Part shown: positions 28,999 to 38,971 of the stretch, piece by piece
How positions within the stretch are numbered: position 1 is the first letter of the stretch
Layout of the letters: the number at the start of each line of letters is the position of its first letter
NCBI GenBank assembly: GCA_016866975.1
Contig: VGKP01000002.1
Span: forward strand, 32,942-96,941
Length of the DNA stretch: 64,000 bases
DNA from: Candidatus Pacearchaeota archaeon
Lineage (GTDB): Archaea > Nanobdellota > Nanobdellia > Pacearchaeales > GW2011-AR1
Direction: 5' to 3'
The notes under the pieces: model-generated
Database searches by the model: none
Told to the model about the DNA's origin: nothing
What the model saw: only the letters and a program-made list of their open reading frames with translations
Program-made: the position numbers and the translations under genes

Positions 28999-29361
28999 TA
29001 TTCACCTCCTCAATATTAAGTAATGTTCTAAATATATAAGGGTTCCTATTGCTATCGTCAACGCTCGTAGAAATCCTCTACCTATAGGTAGAGGTTAAAA
29101 TTGGAATGATTTTCTCTGGAGACACAAAACCTCAAGCAAGTCCAGGCATTTAAGCCGAGGTTAAAACCCGAAGGGTTTTGTGACTTTCAAAAAGCAGGCT
29201 GGCTATAAACTCCAAACTATTTAGAATAACATTAATTATCAAAATCCATTTTGTGATTTGTTAGATAGAAAATAGTGTGAGAAAATTACGGAAATTAAAG
29301 TTTTTTTCGTATAATTTGAAGTCATAAAAGGTTTTATAAAATAAATTAAACTAAATAAAAT

Positions 29362-29877
29362 ATGAATGAATTTTTCAAAATAACAAAAGGAAAGCTAATC
29401 GCTTTTGGAGTTTTATTACTATTAGCTATCTATTTATGGGTGCCTGCCCCATATGCAGGGAACATTGTACAATTTCTAGGAGTATTTGGTGAAATATTAG
29501 GTAAAATTTCAATAATGATAAATTTCCCAATAGTCTTCCTATATGGGATTTTTTATAAATATAATCTTGTATTTTTTCTCTTGACACTAATTTATAACTA
29601 TGTTATTATATGTTTAGTTGCAAAAATATTCAAAAAATATAATCCAGATTTACGTCTATTCCTAATAATTTTTGTAATATTGGAAATTTTAGCTTATGTT
29701 ATTGGTTCATTTTACACTTGGAGAGCCGAATGCTTACCTTGTCGTATTGGCCATGAATGCCCGCCATGTCCATCTGGTAACTATGCTAATTTCTTCTTAT
29801 TGGCAGGCATGATTCCAAATCTAATACTTTCTTTTGTTATATCTACTCTTATTAAAAAATATAAAAAGAGAAAATAG
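29362..29877 (+). CDS. AT-rich membrane protein with a Cys-rich loop
   Basis: Four TM segments; CLPCRIGHECPPCP loop. Confidence 0.65.
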   Translation: MNEFFKITKGKLIAFGVLLLLAIYLWVPAPYAGNIVQFLGVFGEILGKISIMINFPIVFLYGIFYKYNLVFFLLTLIYNYVIICLVAKIFKKYNPDLRLFLIIFVILEILAYVIGSFYTWRAECLPCRIGHECPPCPSGNYANFFLLAGMIPNLILSFVISTLIKKYKKRK

Positions 29878-29974
29878 GAAAGGACTCTTCAATTATCTCA
29901 ATCACTTGCCTACTCGAGATTTTTCCCTTAGGCAATGTTTGCACTAAGATTTCATCCAAATTTCGCTCCATCTC

Positions 29975-32032
29975 TCAAAATCCTCCAGCCATATGGAGTG
30001 GATTTTTTGCTTTGACCTGAAGGCCTCTTACAGCATCCAAAACTCTGGAATCAGGAGATAATACAAAGACATGGTCATCTTTTGAGCGCAATGCTCTATA
30101 TATTCTTTGAAGGAATTCTCTTCTTGCCTTATCCCTGTAGAAATCCCAAAAATATTTCTCATGTGTCTTCTGTAATATCTTCCAGAAAACGCCATTGACA
30201 TTAGGATTGGGATATTTTGTGAATACGACTGAATTGCAGATGTCTCCTGGAAAATCTACTCCTCTCGAGCATTTTGTCGTGAATAATATAGAAGATTTTC
30301 TTTCTTTGAATTCTGAGACCATTTTCCCAGTCTTGTCTTCTGTTTGCAGGGCCATCAGCCTTTCTCTGGACATCAGATTGTCTAAGCGAAGGATGTGTAA
30401 TTCCTGCTCTGTAGGGAGATCTTCAAACGCATTGACATGTACCAAAGTAGGTCTCTTTGCTTTGTCTATGCATAGTGATAATGTTTTGAGATATTCATCT
30501 CTGGAATGTTTGCCTGAACTGAAATTTGAATACCTGCAATCAAATTCTTTTCCTGTCCTATGAATCTCTATATTGCCTTGCGGCATCGTCTCAGCTTCCA
30601 CTATCTCAAAGTCATCTATCCCGAATATTTCTTTAAGGACAATTGAGGAATGAAGAGTCCCAGACATCATGACTAAAGACTTGTTTTTCTTTACAATCTC
30701 TTGAAATTTCTTAGAAAGGTTCGTCGTGACAAGATTGACAAAGATATCTTTATCGACTCTTTTGTATGTGATGTATGTATCTTCAATAAAGTCTATGAAA
30801 TTCTTCGCCACTTCTATGGCTTTATTGGCATAATGCATCTCGTCTATGGCAATCTCGGCCTCTATTTCTGGATGTTTTAGAAACATCTTGAGTATCTTTT
30901 CCCATTGAGTTTCTTTTATAGGGTAAATCTTGTTCTCGTTTATGCCCAACGCCTGCTTGTTTTTTTCTTCAAGTCCGAGCAGGTTCTCAATTGATTCCAC
31001 AAGAACGCGCGCTTCTGGATGTTCAGGAGTTATTGAAGAAAGGGATGAAGAAAGGCGAGTTAGATTCAATGAATCCTGCATAGAGAAATTATCCAGGAAT
31101 TCGTCAGCTTCATCTATTATTTCCACTTCTGTTTCAGGCTTCCTGTCAAGCGCAACTTCTATCTTATATTTTGCCGCATTGAATATAAGGACATCCGCTT
31201 GCATATAAGCAAGGTATTGATCGTAATAAGAGCAACCTTCTTTTCTATGGTAAAATGTGAACTGCTTACCCTCAAGCCCATTGTAAGTCTTTTTTTTAGC
31301 ATCCTTTATAGCGGCAATTTCTATTTCTGCTGGTAATATTGGGCTCCAATAAGGATTGGCGGGGGCTATTGCTATCCTCCTAAGATCTTTTATCTCTGGC
31401 ATATCTTTGTTCCTTATATAAGGGTTCTGTTTATAATATTCTTCTAGTTTCTCTAAGTTTTTATCAGTTAACTTTATAGTGTCAGGAAGAGAAGGGTCGG
31501 CACACGAGACTCCTGGAAACAAAACAGAATCATGGTTTTCCCTCCCAGTTATCATTGCTATCTTCATCTTCTTACCCCCTTTCTTTAGGACATATTTTTT
31601 TGAAGTATAGTCCTCTTCATATTGCCTTTGCAGGTTTTTTACAGGCACAACTATAGATGCCCTGCCCAAAAGTCTAGCAATATTCAAGGCTATTGCTGAT
31701 TTTCCAGTACCGCATACGCCGTGAAGAAATACTAACTTCTTGCCATTATTTATATGTCCTGCAATTTCTTTGGCTATGGCTTCCTGACTCTTTCCATTTG
31801 AGAATCTTAGGGGTTCTAATTTTTTACCTTCAGAGTAAAGACTCCACGTCTCACTATCAACGACATTGCTTATTGTCTCTTCTTTTAGGAATGATAGTGC
31901 ATCAGATGTCCTTAGATTTGTGCCCAATAGCTCATCTTCATCCTCAATATCTCTGCGGTTGTTTCCAAAATTCACAGCCTTATTGTCAACACTAAATAAT
32001 TTTCCATTTGCATCAAACTGCATCCTCTTCAT
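29975..32032 (-). CDS. SF2 helicase, XPD/DinG-like
   Basis: GVCGTGKS (Walker A), IIDEAD, MSGTL, SRGVDFPGD, QRIYRALRS. Confidence 0.85.
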   Translation of the reverse strand: MKRMQFDANGKLFSVDNKAVNFGNNRRDIEDEDELLGTNLRTSDALSFLKEETISNVVDSETWSLYSEGKKLEPLRFSNGKSQEAIAKEIAGHINNGKKLVFLHGVCGTGKSAIALNIARLLGRASIVVPVKNLQRQYEEDYTSKKYVLKKGGKKMKIAMITGRENHDSVLFPGVSCADPSLPDTIKLTDKNLEKLEEYYKQNPYIRNKDMPEIKDLRRIAIAPANPYWSPILPAEIEIAAIKDAKKKTYNGLEGKQFTFYHRKEGCSYYDQYLAYMQADVLIFNAAKYKIEVALDRKPETEVEIIDEADEFLDNFSMQDSLNLTRLSSSLSSITPEHPEARVLVESIENLLGLEEKNKQALGINENKIYPIKETQWEKILKMFLKHPEIEAEIAIDEMHYANKAIEVAKNFIDFIEDTYITYKRVDKDIFVNLVTTNLSKKFQEIVKKNKSLVMMSGTLHSSIVLKEIFGIDDFEIVEAETMPQGNIEIHRTGKEFDCRYSNFSSGKHSRDEYLKTLSLCIDKAKRPTLVHVNAFEDLPTEQELHILRLDNLMSRERLMALQTEDKTGKMVSEFKERKSSILFTTKCSRGVDFPGDICNSVVFTKYPNPNVNGVFWKILQKTHEKYFWDFYRDKARREFLQRIYRALRSKDDHVFVLSPDSRVLDAVRGLQVKAKNPLHMAGGF

Positions 32033-32077
32033 CGGTTTAATTCACCAAGCCGCTTTAAAAGAATTTGTATTCAGGTA

Positions 32078-32443
32078 CTAATCTCTCTCGACTTCTATAG
32101 AGTTTTGAGATTCCCTGATGACTATCTTGTTTTGGACTTCTCTTTTTATACCTGAATCCAGAGTCGCTATATACGCTCCCTTCTTGCCTATCGAGATAAG
32201 CCCTTTGTCCACAGCATCATTTCCAAGTGAAGTCTTCTTTATCTTTCTAGTGTTGAATAAATCAAATGCCATATCTATAGCTGCCCTGTCAGCCGACCTG
32301 ACTTTTAGGCGAAGGTCTTTTAGCTCCTGAAATACTTCCTTTGGGAGCAATACCTTGAAACCCATCTCCTCTAATACAGATATAAAATCAATTTTCTTTT
32401 TGACACAAGAAATGATGAAACTGCTATCAAGAATTGCCTCCAT
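32078..32443 (-). CDS. PIN-domain protein (Fcf1/Utp23-like)
   Basis: MEAILDSSF, EVFQEL, AVDKGL, IATLD; start at 32443 preferred. Confidence 0.85.
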   Translation of the reverse strand: MEAILDSSFIISCVKKKIDFISVLEEMGFKVLLPKEVFQELKDLRLKVRSADRAAIDMAFDLFNTRKIKKTSLGNDAVDKGLISIGKKGAYIATLDSGIKREVQNKIVIRESQNSIEVERD

Positions 32444-32526
32444 GAGATAAAAAAGATATAGAACTTTATAAGTCTTTGTAGTTGAGCGCCTGTAATGTTT
32501 ATATACATTCATTGCTTGATAAATCA

Positions 32527-33087
32527 ATGGAAGAGGTGTCCCATATAATCCACGTTCTTGAAGATGCCAAGCAGGCACTTCTAAAGAAAGACGGCACGAA
32601 GTTGAGCCAGCTATCAAACCAAACTATTCACTGTGCTTCTTCAGAGCAGGACGCAAGTAGCATTATGATTGCAGTGCTTGTCTATTCGATGAGCAAGATT
32701 GTTGAGAGGAAAGATCTCCATAGGATTAGGAATTATGACCTTGTGGTTAAAAAGTTTATTGGATACCTGGATCTCGCGCTTCTAGCATTGAAGGAAGGGA
32801 ATCTGGAGGCTTATGAAGGCCATCTGCAAAGAGCAAGGATTGCCTTGACAAGCACATCATTGAACATAAAACCATTTATTCAGGATGTGCTTAGGAAAGC
32901 TTCAATAAACAAGGCTTCAAAGATATATGAGCACGGCATTTCTATGGGCCGTACTGCAGCACTTTTGGGCGTTACTCAATGGGAGCTTTCGGAATATACT
33001 GGGCAAAAAGAAGTTCTGGAGAGGAATTATGTTTCCACCCAAGATGTCCGTTCACGTGCAGAAATGGCCCTGAGGTTCTTCTCATGA
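32527..33087 (+). CDS. Hypothetical protein with a C-terminal HTH-like segment
   Basis: HGISMGRTAALLGVTQWEL; ATG 32527 preferred. Confidence 0.7.
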   Translation: MEEVSHIIHVLEDAKQALLKKDGTKLSQLSNQTIHCASSEQDASSIMIAVLVYSMSKIVERKDLHRIRNYDLVVKKFIGYLDLALLALKEGNLEAYEGHLQRARIALTSTSLNIKPFIQDVLRKASINKASKIYEHGISMGRTAALLGVTQWELSEYTGQKEVLERNYVSTQDVRSRAEMALRFFS

Positions 33088-33518
33088 ATAATCTGAAAGT
33101 GCAATCAGTACCAAAAAAAGATTATGATAATGTGACTTCTTTTGCTCTGAAAACATGGACAAAATATAATGAAGAGAATAATTATTTTTATAAGGAAAAA
33201 GAGTTCAGATGGGCGGCTTATATTAAAGGCAAAATTGTAGGGTATATCTATGGCAATACTAACGGAGGAGTAGCATATTTAGATGACATAATTGTTGATA
33301 TTAAATTTAGAAATATTGGAATTGGAAAGATACTCTTAAAGAAATTTGAAGAAATTGCTAAGAAAAACCATTGTCATGTCTGTTTATTAGCTACCACAGA
33401 TAAGCATGCTAAGGCAATAGCTTTTTACAAAAGAAATGGATACGTCATAGAGGCAAAGCTTGCAAATATGTATTGGAATGTAAATGAATATTATATGGTA
33501 AAGAGGTTAGGAAAATGA
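33084..33518 (+). CDS. GNAT acetyltransferase (AT-rich)
   Basis: YLDDIIVDIKFRNIGIGKILL, AIAFYKRNGY; true start 33084 (ATGA overlap). Confidence 0.9.
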   Translation: MNNLKVQSVPKKDYDNVTSFALKTWTKYNEENNYFYKEKEFRWAAYIKGKIVGYIYGNTNGGVAYLDDIIVDIKFRNIGIGKILLKKFEEIAKKNHCHVCLLATTDKHAKAIAFYKRNGYVIEAKLANMYWNVNEYYMVKRLGK

Positions 33519-34189
33519 AAGCTCTTATTTTCGACTCTGGAACATTGATAAATCTCTCGATGAATGGCCTATTATATGTCTTGGAGAAATTAAAGAAAAA
33601 TTGCGACTGTTATTTTCTTATAACTTCTGCTGTCAAACACGAGATCATTGACAGGCCTCTAAGTATCCAAAGATTTGAACTTGGCGCATTGAACATACAG
33701 GCGCTTATGGATTCAGGAGTCCTGAATCTTCCATCAGTATTGGGCATCAAGGAAGAAGATATCGACAAGGACACTCGTGACATCATGGATATGGCAAATC
33801 ATTATATCCAGGTTAATGGCAAGTGGGTTTCTATAGTTAGCGAAGCTGAAATCTCCTGTCTTGCGCTGAACGACATCTTGTCCAAGAGAGGGTTTGAGAC
33901 TCTTATAGCCATCGATGAGCGCACAACAAGGATGTTGTGTGAGAGCCCAGAGAGCCTTGAGAGAGTCATGTCAGAGAAGATACATCAGAAGGTAGACCTT
34001 ATTGCGCAGAACTTCAAGATATTTCATAAATATAGGTTTGTAAGGTCATCAGAGCTCGTGTATGTAGTTTACAAGAAAGGTCTAATAAATCTTAAAGGCA
34101 ATAAAGTCTTGGAAGCTCTTTTATATGCTACAAAATTCCATGGGGCAGCAATCTCTTTCGAGGAGATAGATATTCTGAAGAAACTTTGA
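33515..34189 (+). CDS. PIN-like hypothetical protein
   Basis: LIFDSGTLI, EIID, EAEIS, AIDERTTR acidic pattern of the PIN fold. Confidence 0.6.
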   Translation: MKALIFDSGTLINLSMNGLLYVLEKLKKNCDCYFLITSAVKHEIIDRPLSIQRFELGALNIQALMDSGVLNLPSVLGIKEEDIDKDTRDIMDMANHYIQVNGKWVSIVSEAEISCLALNDILSKRGFETLIAIDERTTRMLCESPESLERVMSEKIHQKVDLIAQNFKIFHKYRFVRSSELVYVVYKKGLINLKGNKVLEALLYATKFHGAAISFEEIDILKKL

Positions 34190-34251
34190 TGTAATTGATT
34201 GTTGTAATCATTAACATCAATATTTAAGAAACTATTTATTTTTTAATCATC

Positions 34252-34794
34252 ATGAATTTGATGGAAGAAGCATTTCCAGATAAGGATCCTGCAGCTCTAA
34301 GAAGACTATGGAATGATGAAAGCATTCGCCACCTTCTTCTCGAGAGTATAGGGAAAGTATTGTACAATTCTTCACAGAAAATTTATACTGAAGACGCAAA
34401 CAATCAGTTTATTGCTCTTCTTTCACAAGCACAATTTAAGCACAATCCACAAGAATGCGTAGATGTTGCAGGACTGATGCTGCAGACTATTCGCCCAAAC
34501 CAAACTGAAATACTCCCTCACGCATATTTGTATTTAAAACAACTTGAGACTCTACACGGCGGCCCAACATCTAGAAAGAGACAGGGAGACAGCATTAGAA
34601 GTAGGTTTGGAGGGGAATGTCTTGTATCACTAGCACTGTTTACCAGAGCCTTAAAGGCACGGGAGCGCGCAGGTTATCCTTCTCCTTCTTGGTATCGTGC
34701 ACAAGGTAAGAATGCTCTCTATCATGCAAGGATGGAAGATGTCACTCACAATTTTGAGAGATGGGAAAATTATTTGAGCGAGAACTTTAATTAG
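34252..34794 (+). CDS. Hypothetical protein
   Basis: 180-aa ORF with TATA upstream; converges on tRNA-Trp. Confidence 0.6.
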   Translation: MNLMEEAFPDKDPAALRRLWNDESIRHLLLESIGKVLYNSSQKIYTEDANNQFIALLSQAQFKHNPQECVDVAGLMLQTIRPNQTEILPHAYLYLKQLETLHGGPTSRKRQGDSIRSRFGGECLVSLALFTRALKARERAGYPSPSWYRAQGKNALYHARMEDVTHNFERWENYLSENFN

Positions 34795-34799
34795 TAGGA

Positions 34800-34884
34800 T
34801 GGGCCCAGGAGGAATCGAACCCCCGACTTTCGGTTGCTCCAAATAGCTCTGGAGCCGAAAATTATACCATTTAACTATGGACCC
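34800..34884 (-). tRNA. tRNA-Trp(CCA) with 14-nt intron at 37/38
   Basis: GGGTCCA/TGGGCCC; TTCGG-CT-CCA-G^A-CCGAA; intron AGCTATTTGGAGCA, whose TGGA pairs with TCCA. Confidence 0.9.
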
Positions 34885-34974
34885 TTGTAAATCCAAGTAA
34901 AATCGGCATTTTAAGCTTTGCCTTTAATTAATTTAAGAGTTTGATTTTGGATAATGCCCAACTCTCCTCGAGGT

Positions 34975-34990
34975 CGAAAACATTTATAAA
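34975..34990 (+). promoter_or_regulatory. BRE + TATA box, probably a leaderless transcript
   Basis: cgaaaaca-tttataaa ending about 22 nt before ATG 35012. Confidence 0.55.
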
Positions 34991-35011
34991 CAATAAGATG
35001 CTCTTCAAACA

Positions 35012-35458
35012 ATGCCTGGAAAAAGAGTAACTGTTGATTCTATGGAACATCTGAAGGAAGCAAAAAAGCAGGTAGAGCAGGTAAAGGAGATATCAAAATT
35101 GCAGGAAGAATTACAGCACAAGCTTATTGAGAACATAGTCATACTGCAGAAGGTCCAGACTGACATGGCGGAGAAGTTCAGCAAGCTATCAGACCAGATT
35201 TCTAACCTCTTAGTTTTGTTTGAGATGGCTGCAAGGAACTTTGCGGGAACCCCTGCAAATCAAACAAACGAGAAGGATAAAGAATTCCTTGATAAGATAG
35301 ACAAGCTGCTCGATCAGAACAAAGTCCTTGCGAAGGGACTTACTATGATGGAAGAAAGATTGAGGGAGAAGGTATATGGGGCATCAAGACCATTGCCTAT
35401 GGGTTCTACTGATGATCTGCAACCATCAGCAATGACTAAACCTTTGCCGAGGGTCTAA
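35012..35458 (+). CDS. Coiled-coil hypothetical protein
   Basis: 148 aa with heptad-like pattern. Confidence 0.75.
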   Translation: MPGKRVTVDSMEHLKEAKKQVEQVKEISKLQEELQHKLIENIVILQKVQTDMAEKFSKLSDQISNLLVLFEMAARNFAGTPANQTNEKDKEFLDKIDKLLDQNKVLAKGLTMMEERLREKVYGASRPLPMGSTDDLQPSAMTKPLPRV

Positions 35459-35459
35459 T

Positions 35460-36365
35460 ATGGCCCAGGAACAAAGGGATATAGGCCAGGCATTTCTTGA
35501 AGCTTTCTTTATTCAGATTATCTCAAATTTTAGCGGTAAGATGCCTACTATCTTCTTGGATAAGGAGAAAATATCAAAGGCAGTAAGGATGATTGAGAGA
35601 GAGACTTTTGAGAAATCAAAACCTCTAGAACCTATAGAGTTGGATCTTTCCGAATTTGAGGAAGATGCCCCTCCAATGTCTGAGTATACTGCAGGCACAG
35701 AACCATTGCCTTCACTTTCAAAGAAAATAACTCCTCCGCCAGAAAGAAAAATTACACCTCTTAAATTTTCTCCGCACCCCGTAAATCTGCCTCAAAGAAA
35801 GCCAGTGGAAGATTCCCCATCAAGAAAATCATTAAGGGAACTGCTGTCCCATACGGATAGAAAATCGATGTTGGACGTTAATCTTCCAAAGTTTAATAAG
35901 GCTATAATGATCCATCGTAGGCTTCCCAGGCCAGCACCAACAAATCTGAAAATGAAGATACCCCATCTTCAGCCGCCAAAACCTTCAGTCAAGCCAGAAC
36001 CAAAGAAAGAGGAGCTGAAAAAGAGTAAGGAGATACATCCTTCTCCGCCAACTTTGATAACTGTCGAGGCGCTTAATAAGCTGAACAATCTTATGTTGGA
36101 TCCGACAGTCCAGACTATAGAATGCCCTGGGCCTGGCAAGCAGATCACAGTCTATAGGTCAGGATTTATACAGAACACAAACATCTTCCTGACGACAGAT
36201 GAGATAAGGAAGATTATGTCAGAAATATCAGAGATAACTAAAATACCCATAATCCCTGGAGTTTTCAAGGCAGCTCTTGGGAACTTTGTAATAACTTCCG
36301 TAGTGTCAGAATTTGTAGGCACACGTTTCATTATCCAGAAAAAAGAGCCTTCAAAGCTTGATTGA
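35460..36365 (+). CDS. Hypothetical protein with a Pro/Lys-rich linker
   Basis: 301 aa; the C-terminal DPTVQTIECPGPGK segment recalls the N-domain of secretion ATPases, but there is no Walker motif. Confidence 0.65.
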   Translation: MAQEQRDIGQAFLEAFFIQIISNFSGKMPTIFLDKEKISKAVRMIERETFEKSKPLEPIELDLSEFEEDAPPMSEYTAGTEPLPSLSKKITPPPERKITPLKFSPHPVNLPQRKPVEDSPSRKSLRELLSHTDRKSMLDVNLPKFNKAIMIHRRLPRPAPTNLKMKIPHLQPPKPSVKPEPKKEELKKSKEIHPSPPTLITVEALNKLNNLMLDPTVQTIECPGPGKQITVYRSGFIQNTNIFLTTDEIRKIMSEISEITKIPIIPGVFKAALGNFVITSVVSEFVGTRFIIQKKEPSKLD

Positions 36366-36398
36366 AAGATATTTATATTGATTTTATATTATTGACAA

Positions 36399-37007
36399 AT
36401 GTCGAGACAACTAATAGAAACTTATCGCGTCCACGAGCAGACTATCAAGAATAAATTGGACGAATTCAGGAAATTGCCTGATAATTTATTTTTTAGAGAA
36501 TTTCAATTTTGTCTTCTGACGCCTCAAAGCAATGCTCATAGGTGTTGGGAAGCAGTGCAAGAGATAAGCAAGCTCAAGAGTCCTAAAATAGATGAATTGA
36601 GAAATATACTACGGACAAGGACGAGGTTCCACAATAATAAGGCAAAGTATCTCATGGAGGCTTTTAAGACCTGGCCAAAAATTTCTGCACAGCTCAATAA
36701 TGAGGACCGAGTTCTCCTCAGGAATAATCTAGCTAAAGAAGTAAAAGGATATGGGATGAAAGAAGCAGGCCATTTTTTAAGAAATATCGGGAAGTCAGAT
36801 AATAAAATTGCAATCTTGGACAGACATATCTTAAGAAACCTTAAAGAACTCGGAGTGATAAGTGAGAATGATTTAAGAATAAGAAATTCAAGGCATTATC
36901 ACGAGATAGAAGAGAAATTTCTTGGATTTTCATCAAAGATATCCATTCCAATTGATCATCTCGACCTCTTGTTTTGGAGCAATGAGACAGGGAATGTTTT
37001 CAAGTGA
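36399..37007 (+). CDS. ogg: 8-oxoguanine DNA glycosylase/AP lyase (archaeal Ogg type)
   Basis: FCLLTPQS, RFHNNKAKY, HhH VKGYGMKEAGHFLRNIG, ILDRHI. Confidence 0.92.
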   Translation: MSRQLIETYRVHEQTIKNKLDEFRKLPDNLFFREFQFCLLTPQSNAHRCWEAVQEISKLKSPKIDELRNILRTRTRFHNNKAKYLMEAFKTWPKISAQLNNEDRVLLRNNLAKEVKGYGMKEAGHFLRNIGKSDNKIAILDRHILRNLKELGVISENDLRIRNSRHYHEIEEKFLGFSSKISIPIDHLDLLFWSNETGNVFK

Positions 37008-37107
37008 TCGTACTCAAGGAAATTAATTCCAAAGCAAGTATGATTTAAGAATAAGAAATGAAGTGAACCGCAAAGGATATTTAAATGCGTTTTTCCTTGA
37101 TACTCCA

Positions 37108-37794
37108 ATGAAAAAGGTGTTAGTGATAAGTCTAGGGGGATCAGTGATAGTGCCTGATAAAATAGATTTCGTTTTTCTGGATAAATTCAAGAAGCTTCTT
37201 GAGAAGCATTCAAGAAAGTTTAAGTTTGTCATTGTATGCGGAGGAGGAAGTATAGCAAGAAAATATATTGATGCTCTTGTCAAAGAAGGTGCAGACGCAG
37301 AAAATATATCTGAGGCAGGCATGAGGGCTACAAGGATGAACGCTCTATTCTTGATGCAATTCTTTGGCAAACGCGCAAATTCACATCTACCAAAAGATAT
37401 GATTGATGTAAGGAACAATCTATTTAAGAACGATTTTGTCCTCTGTGGCGCGTTAAGGTATTCACCAGATGAGACATCAGATGGCACTGCTGCAAAATTA
37501 GCCCATTTCCTCAAGACTGATTTTATCAACATAACCAATGTAGATGGTCTATATACAAAGGATCCAAAAGTTTTCAAAGATGCAAAATTTATACCTTCTG
37601 AGTCATGGAGTGACTTTAAGGCAAGGATATCTAAAATGAAGTTTAAAGCAGGGCAACATTTTGTTCTTGACCAGCAAGCGGCTACAATAATAATGAACTA
37701 TAGGATAAAGACGATTATCGTAGACAAGGATATTGAGAATCTTGGCAGGTTACTTGCCCAAAAACCATTTAAGGGAACGATACTTGCAGGTTGA
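37108..37794 (+). CDS. pyrH: Uridylate kinase
   Basis: VISLGGSV, VCGGGSIARKYI, TSDGTAA, TNVDGLYTKDP, FVLDQ. Confidence 0.93.
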   Translation: MKKVLVISLGGSVIVPDKIDFVFLDKFKKLLEKHSRKFKFVIVCGGGSIARKYIDALVKEGADAENISEAGMRATRMNALFLMQFFGKRANSHLPKDMIDVRNNLFKNDFVLCGALRYSPDETSDGTAAKLAHFLKTDFINITNVDGLYTKDPKVFKDAKFIPSESWSDFKARISKMKFKAGQHFVLDQQAATIIMNYRIKTIIVDKDIENLGRLLAQKPFKGTILAG

Positions 37795-38229
37795 ATGATA
37801 GATACATCTGACTTTGATAAGGCGCGAAAAATGTTGATGAAAGAAAGCTCTCCAGTAATTGTTAAAGCATCAGGAGACCAGTTCAATAGGAAGATAATCG
37901 AGTATGGAAAATTCGATATTCTTCTCTCTCCGGAGAAGGGAGAAAGAAAAGGATCATTGAGGAGTATAGATTCAGGGTTTAACGAAGTCCTAGCAAGGAT
38001 ATCAGCAAAAAATGGTATTTCTATAGGTATTGACATTCAAGAATTGCGTTCCTTACCTAAAAAGGAAAAAGCGACAAGGTTATCAAAGATTAAGCAGAAT
38101 ATCAGGCTATGCAGGAAGGCTGGAGTAAGGATATCACTCTTAGGTGGAAGAGACCAGAGAGATGCCACACAATTACTAATGGCTTTGGGAGCTTCCACAA
38201 TGCAAATAAAGCGAGCTATTTTTCTCTAA
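37795..38229 (+). CDS. rnp3: RNase P protein subunit Rpp30 (short form)
   Basis: DILLSPE, DSGFNEVLARISAKN.ISIGID, NIRLCRK. Confidence 0.8.
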   Translation: MIDTSDFDKARKMLMKESSPVIVKASGDQFNRKIIEYGKFDILLSPEKGERKGSLRSIDSGFNEVLARISAKNGISIGIDIQELRSLPKKEKATRLSKIKQNIRLCRKAGVRISLLGGRDQRDATQLLMALGASTMQIKRAIFL

Positions 38230-38231
38230 CA

Positions 38232-38924
38232 ATGCTATTTCAAAAAGAAATATTTAGAATTGCGCAAGAATTTGGTCTCCAATATCGGGGAAGAAGGTAT
38301 CCTTACTTAAAAACATCTTCACGCAATATTATTATGAGATGTATTTTGGGAGGGTGTCCCGATCCTCTCTACAAAAAATTCGGAAACACACTAGTTAAAA
38401 ATCGCCCCAAGGCACTCATAAAATATCTTTCCTCTCCTTATTTTAAAAAAGAGTTGCATGGAAGACATGGATGTGTAATCTCTAAGGAAGAACTTAATAC
38501 AGAACTAAAATTGGTGGCTCATATCTCAGATTTAAGAATTCGCAAAGAGATGCAAGCTTTTTACGATAGAGTCCTACAAAAAATAGGTAAAAATAAAAGA
38601 CTTACTATAATCTGGACTCCTAGGGATAATGAACAAAATCATTTCAAGGAAATTCTATTGCATGAATTTATTCACGAATTGATTGATGATAATTGTCTCA
38701 GGCCAGACTCATGGAAATGGAATGAAGGGCTTGTCACTTATATTACACGTTATGCTCTAAGAACCCACAAGGTCTTTGAGAAGAAGCCTTCATTAGGCAA
38801 GGATAAAATGACTAATATTTACATGCAATATACCCATAAATGGGCACTTCTTTTTAAGAAAACTCATAATTCGTTAGAAAGACGCAAGTGCATAGAAAAT
38901 TTACTTAGAAGTTTAAAGAAATAA
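38232..38924 (+). CDS. AT-rich hypothetical protein with a zincin-like HExxH motif
   Basis: ILLHEFIHE...WNEGLVTY; likely start 38232. Confidence 0.65.
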   Translation: MLFQKEIFRIAQEFGLQYRGRRYPYLKTSSRNIIMRCILGGCPDPLYKKFGNTLVKNRPKALIKYLSSPYFKKELHGRHGCVISKEELNTELKLVAHISDLRIRKEMQAFYDRVLQKIGKNKRLTIIWTPRDNEQNHFKEILLHEFIHELIDDNCLRPDSWKWNEGLVTYITRYALRTHKVFEKKPSLGKDKMTNIYMQYTHKWALLFKKTHNSLERRKCIENLLRSLKK

Positions 38925-38971
38925 AGATTTGTGAAACAAATCTTTATAATCCCTTCTTGCCTTAAGCCTAT

